A stretch of DNA of 41,544 bases. It comes from an uncultured Hyphomicrobiales bacterium (lineage in GTDB: Bacteria; Pseudomonadota; Alphaproteobacteria; Rhizobiales; JACESI01). The translations under genes were made by a program, and so were the position numbers. The notes under the pieces were generated by a model, which was given only the letters and a program-made list of their open reading frames with translations, made no database searches and was not told the DNA's origin. Positions within the stretch are counted from its first letter, which is position 1. Each line of letters begins with the position of its first letter. Below, one piece after another: positions 37,914 through 41,544 of this stretch. The DNA is taken from positions 14,842 through 56,385 of the forward strand of contig CAZKKW010000004.1 in assembly GCA_964553335.1 (NCBI GenBank), given 5' to 3'.

Positions 37914-38384
37914 ATGAAAAAAATAGCTTGCACTTTTTTGTCACTATGCCATTACACCACCATAACGGCATTTTTTGGTGGTTCTCTCACTATTGGCGCG
38001 GCGTCAGTCGCTCATGCAGACTTGAGATTGTGCAATAAAACGTCGAGCAAAATCAGTGTTGCCATAGGTCACAAGAATGATGGTTCTTGGAAGACTGAGG
38101 GTTGGTGGAATTTTAGCCCAACCGATGACGACAATGCTTGCAAAGTTTTATTGCCAGGGCCACTGACGTCTCGCTTTTATTATGTCTACGCAATGGACAT
38201 AACAAAGGGCGGTGAGTGGGGTGGAACGGCTTTGCTTTGCACCCAACAAAAAGAATTCACCATTGAGGGGATCGAAAATTGCATCCCGCGTGGTTATGAA
38301 CAGACCGGCTTTTTTGAAGTCGATACCAGCAAACAGGAAAGTTGGACAATCCAACTGACCGATCCAGAACAAGACGGAACATGA
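37914..38384 (+). CDS. DUF1036 family exported protein
   Basis: Signal peptide AHA-D, LCN.T, W.TEGWW, RFYYVYA, C..RGY...GF.EVDT; ATGA overlap with pyk. Confidence 0.85.
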   Translation: MKKIACTFLSLCHYTTITAFFGGSLTIGAASVAHADLRLCNKTSSKISVAIGHKNDGSWKTEGWWNFSPTDDDNACKVLLPGPLTSRFYYVYAMDITKGGEWGGTALLCTQQKEFTIEGIENCIPRGYEQTGFFEVDTSKQESWTIQLTDPEQDGT

Positions 38385-38386
38385 TT

Positions 38387-39823
38387 ATGAGAAGAGAACG
38401 CAAGGTCAAGATTTTAGCTACACTTGGGCCTGCATCATCTTCCCCGGAAATGCTTCGAAAACTATTTGAGGCTGGCGTGGATACCTTTCGTATCAACATG
38501 AGCCACTCAAGCCATGAATTGCTCAATTCCCTTGTTGATGACATTCGGCAAGTTGAAGCCGATGTGAAGCGTCCTATTGGTATTTTGGCTGATTTACAGG
38601 GGCCAAAGCACCGTCTTTCGGCATTTGCCGATGATAAAATCAAGCTTACTGTGGGCGATGAATTTGTTTTGGATTCAAATGATATTCCAGGTGATCAGTC
38701 ACGGGTTTATTTGCCGCATCCAGAAATTTTTGAATCTGTAGAAGCGGGTCATCGGTTGCTTTTGGATGATGGTAAAGTTCGTCTTCGTTGTGTCAGCAAT
38801 GACGGCAAGCGGATTGTCACAACAGTGGAAGTAGGCGTTAGCCTTGCAAGCCGCAAAGGTGTTTCGATGCCTGATAGCAGCTTGTCTGTTGGTGCCTTGA
38901 CTGAGAAAGATTTGTCGGACCTTAACGCCGCTTTGGCTGCGAAAGTGGACTGGATTGCCCTGTCATTTGTTCAACGCCCTGATGATATTGCGGAAGCGCG
39001 CAAAATCGCCCGTGGTCGTGTCGGTATCATGACCAAGGTTGAGAAACCTCAAGCGCTGCAGTGTTTGAACGAAATTATTGAATTGTCTGATGCCATTATG
39101 GTTGCGCGTGGCGACCTTGGTGTTGAAATGCCTTTGGAGGCAGTGCCCGGTATTCAAAAACGCTTAACACGGGCGGCCCGTCGGGCAGGTAAGCCGGTGG
39201 TTGTTGCGACACAAATGCTGGAATCCATGATTACGGCGCCAGCACCAACACGGGCTGAAGTCTCCGATGTTGCAACGGCAGTGTTTGAAGGTGCTGATGC
39301 TATTATGCTTTCCGCCGAATCAGCTGTTGGCGACTTCCCGACTGAAGCGGTTGCAACCATGAACCGCGTCGCCATTGAAGTTGAGAGTGACCAAAATTAC
39401 GAAAACATTATGCGCGCGCAACGCACAGAGCCTGAATCAACGGGGGCTGATGCGATTTCTGCCGCAGCCCACCAGATTGCAGAAACACTGGGCTTAGCTG
39501 CCATTTGTTGTTTCACGTCTTCTGGTTCAACAGGAATTAGAGCATCGCGTGAACGTCCGACGACACCAATCATTGCTTTGTCGCCGATCCCTAGTACGGC
39601 ACGCCGTTTGGCGCTTGTATGGGGTCTACACTGTGTCGTTGGTGAGGATGCAAAGGATTTGGATGATATGGTGGATACAGCGTGTAACATTTCGCTTTCT
39701 GAAGGGTTTGCTCGTTCTGGTGAGCGTGTGATCATTTCTGCAGGTGTGCCACTTGGAACGCCGGGTGCGACCAACATGCTACGTGTTGCCTTCGTTGGAG
39801 CACAAGGTACTGGTGGCATCTAA
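38387..39823 (+). CDS. pyk: Pyruvate kinase
   Basis: KILATLGP, FRINMSH, DLQGPK, MVARGDLGVE, ATQMLESM, PTRAEVSDV; start 38381 or 38387. Confidence 0.97.
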   Translation: MRRERKVKILATLGPASSSPEMLRKLFEAGVDTFRINMSHSSHELLNSLVDDIRQVEADVKRPIGILADLQGPKHRLSAFADDKIKLTVGDEFVLDSNDIPGDQSRVYLPHPEIFESVEAGHRLLLDDGKVRLRCVSNDGKRIVTTVEVGVSLASRKGVSMPDSSLSVGALTEKDLSDLNAALAAKVDWIALSFVQRPDDIAEARKIARGRVGIMTKVEKPQALQCLNEIIELSDAIMVARGDLGVEMPLEAVPGIQKRLTRAARRAGKPVVVATQMLESMITAPAPTRAEVSDVATAVFEGADAIMLSAESAVGDFPTEAVATMNRVAIEVESDQNYENIMRAQRTEPESTGADAISAAAHQIAETLGLAAICCFTSSGSTGIRASRERPTTPIIALSPIPSTARRLALVWGLHCVVGEDAKDLDDMVDTACNISLSEGFARSGERVIISAGVPLGTPGATNMLRVAFVGAQGTGGI

Positions 39824-39826
39824 CGC

Positions 39827-40828
39827 TTACTCAGCAGCTGATTGATGTGCTGGCCTAACCTCTTCGATCAATAACTGAATTTCTTCTACAAAAAGGTCAA
39901 CCGCATCATGGTGCGGCATATGGCCTGCGTCTTTGAGGCGTATAAAACGGGTGCGTGGATCTTTAATGTCCCGCGCCAAGCCTTCTGAATGGACCCACGG
40001 CAGAACAACTTGATCTTTGTCTCCCGTGATAATCGTGGTCGGCACGGTAATTTCACCATAGCGCTTTGATTGTTCGACCACAAAGTCTCGCAGCACAGCA
40101 ATATCATTTGCGTTGGCGCGAAAACGTTTGGGCGTCAGCACCATATTGTTCCCAATATCATGATGATACATGTTGGGAACTGTGCTTGGCCAAAATACTT
40201 TTTGGGTCGCACAGTCTAATTGGCGCAGGCCGATCGGTAATGTGAGCGTATTGCAAAACAGGGGGCCGATTATGGGATGGGAGGCTAGATGGTAGTACCA
40301 ACTCACACCGCCGGGCCACGGGTGGCTGACAGGTGAGTTAAACAACAGACCTGCAACGCGCTTGGGATAATCAAGAGCGATATTCGCGATTAATGTGCCG
40401 CTATAAGAATGCCCGATGAAAATGGCAGTCTTAACACCAATCTCATCCAACAGACCCATCACTTGCTTTGCCTGTTGATCGGGCATGTTCATTGTTTCAT
40501 CACGGGTGCTCCAGCCGTGGCCGGGGCGGTCGATGAAGATCAGGCGGGCATCATCAATGAGGCGGTCTTTGAAAACGTGCAAAGGGTCGCGCAGGTTGCC
40601 GCTAGCGCCATGCAGGAAGACCACAGCAAAACCTGTTTCTTGGTCTCTAGCGTCCCCCTTTGTGTCGATATAATGGACATCTTGTCCGTTGATTGTGGTC
40701 ATCTCACCAATAGGTGGAAACGCGTCGAGAATTTTCTCCGTTTCGCGGCGTGTGATTTTGGCGAGCCACAACAGCCAAGCGGCGATCGCGCAGATAAGGG
40801 CTAAAACCAATATGAAAGCGATTTGCAT
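39827..40828 (-). CDS. Alpha/beta hydrolase with N-terminal membrane anchor
   Basis: LHGASGN, DRPGHGWS, GHSYSG nucleophile elbow, GDKD, AGHMPH. Confidence 0.9.
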   Translation of the reverse strand: MQIAFILVLALICAIAAWLLWLAKITRRETEKILDAFPPIGEMTTINGQDVHYIDTKGDARDQETGFAVVFLHGASGNLRDPLHVFKDRLIDDARLIFIDRPGHGWSTRDETMNMPDQQAKQVMGLLDEIGVKTAIFIGHSYSGTLIANIALDYPKRVAGLLFNSPVSHPWPGGVSWYYHLASHPIIGPLFCNTLTLPIGLRQLDCATQKVFWPSTVPNMYHHDIGNNMVLTPKRFRANANDIAVLRDFVVEQSKRYGEITVPTTIITGDKDQVVLPWVHSEGLARDIKDPRTRFIRLKDAGHMPHHDAVDLFVEEIQLLIEEVRPAHQSAAE

Positions 40829-40861
40829 CCCGTCACCATTTTAAAAAGAGCCAAGCGAGCG

Positions 40862-41544
40862 TTAAACGCCCCGACCTTCAATCTTCTTGCGTAAGATCTC
40901 TACCCGTTTCTTTAGATGCTCAAGTGACGGGTTGATTTCAAGAGCGCGTTGCATGAATTCCAGCGCGCGAGCCTCTTCATTATAATCCAAAAGCATAATG
41001 CCAAGACCTGCTAAGGCTCCAAAATGGCGTGGTTCAAGTTCTAAGGTCCGTTCAACATCAGCAATAGAAAGACCAAAATTCTCGTTGAGAAAATGCACTG
41101 TCGCGCGCTTGTTCCAGCCTTCTGCATAGTCTGGTTTCAGTCGGACCACGTTATCAAGAAAATCGAGCGCTTTGCCATATTCTTTGTTGTTAGCAGCTTC
41201 ACCTGCCCATTCGACCAGAAGGTCAATCGTATCACTGCCCGATTTTGACCAGATGGATTCAATTTCTTGAACGGCCTTTTGTGATAGTTGCTTATTTTTG
41301 GCGTCTTTTAAAATCGCAAACAGCTGATCGAGACGTTCTTCCCGCTCTTCGCTGAGAAGCGGGAGTTCGGTGCCGGAAATGTTTCTCTGTGCTTCTTCCA
41401 GTGCGCGGGCATCTGCTTCGTTGCGATCTTTTTGCGCGTTGCGGTCTGCTTCCGTTTCTGATTCGGGATTTGGTAGGGGAACTGGCGCCTCTGATTGAAC
41501 GTTGATGAGGCTATTTGCATCATTTGCTTTTGCACCTGAAAGGG
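40862..41544 (-). CDS. TPR-repeat protein, 5'-truncated by the window end
   Basis: The frame stays open from the window end (..LDQLFAILK..IESIWSKSGSDTIDLL..) into P.YAEGWNKRAT..LEPRHFGAL.GLG; the ORF track shows only the last 95 aa. Confidence 0.88.
   Translation of the reverse strand, partial: LSGAKANDANSLINVQSEAPVPLPNPESETEADRNAQKDRNEADARALEEAQRNISGTELPLLSEEREERLDQLFAILKDAKNKQLSQKAVQEIESIWSKSGSDTIDLLVEWAGEAANNKEYGKALDFLDNVVRLKPDYAEGWNKRATVHFLNENFGLSIADVERTLELEPRHFGALAGLGIMLLDYNEEARALEFMQRALEINPSLEHLKKRVEILRKKIEGRGV

Noticed and set aside
41308-41535. 75-aa minus-strand ORF
   Set aside because: Alternative frame inside the TPR gene, which stays open to the window end

Overview
A 41.5 kb chromosomal segment from an alphaproteobacterium of moderate GC, most likely a Hyphomicrobiales/Rhizobiales member judging by gene content and order. 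Most of it is housekeeping: prpE, two DUF465 genes, purE-purK, rpsU, a TPR lipoprotein, an ABC1 kinase, chaC, DUF2125, hisC-tyrC, metX-metW, gloB, phaA-phaB/phaR, pepF, a TacA-like sigma-54 activator, an L,D-transpeptidase, a DUF882/YcbK peptidase, gapR, DUF1244, a formylglutamate amidohydrolase, DUF1036 and pyk. No rRNA, tRNA, CRISPR array or mobile element was seen. I read two short genes absent from the ORF track: a 59-aa DUF465 protein and cytochrome aa3 subunit IV. The non-routine parts are: (i) an AT-rich ~453-aa coiled-coil gene that resembles Caulobacter crescentin, next to a cluster of cell-cycle and cell-wall genes carrying CtrA-type boxes; (ii) an AT-rich three-gene signalling insert (GAF-PAS-PAS kinase, Rcp1-like receiver, receiver fused to a decayed kinase); (iii) a flavin amine oxidase coupled to an insect-AANAT-like acetyltransferase; (iv) a metallophosphoesterase with altered metal-ligand motifs. 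All homology calls come from motif reading and memory, not from database searches.
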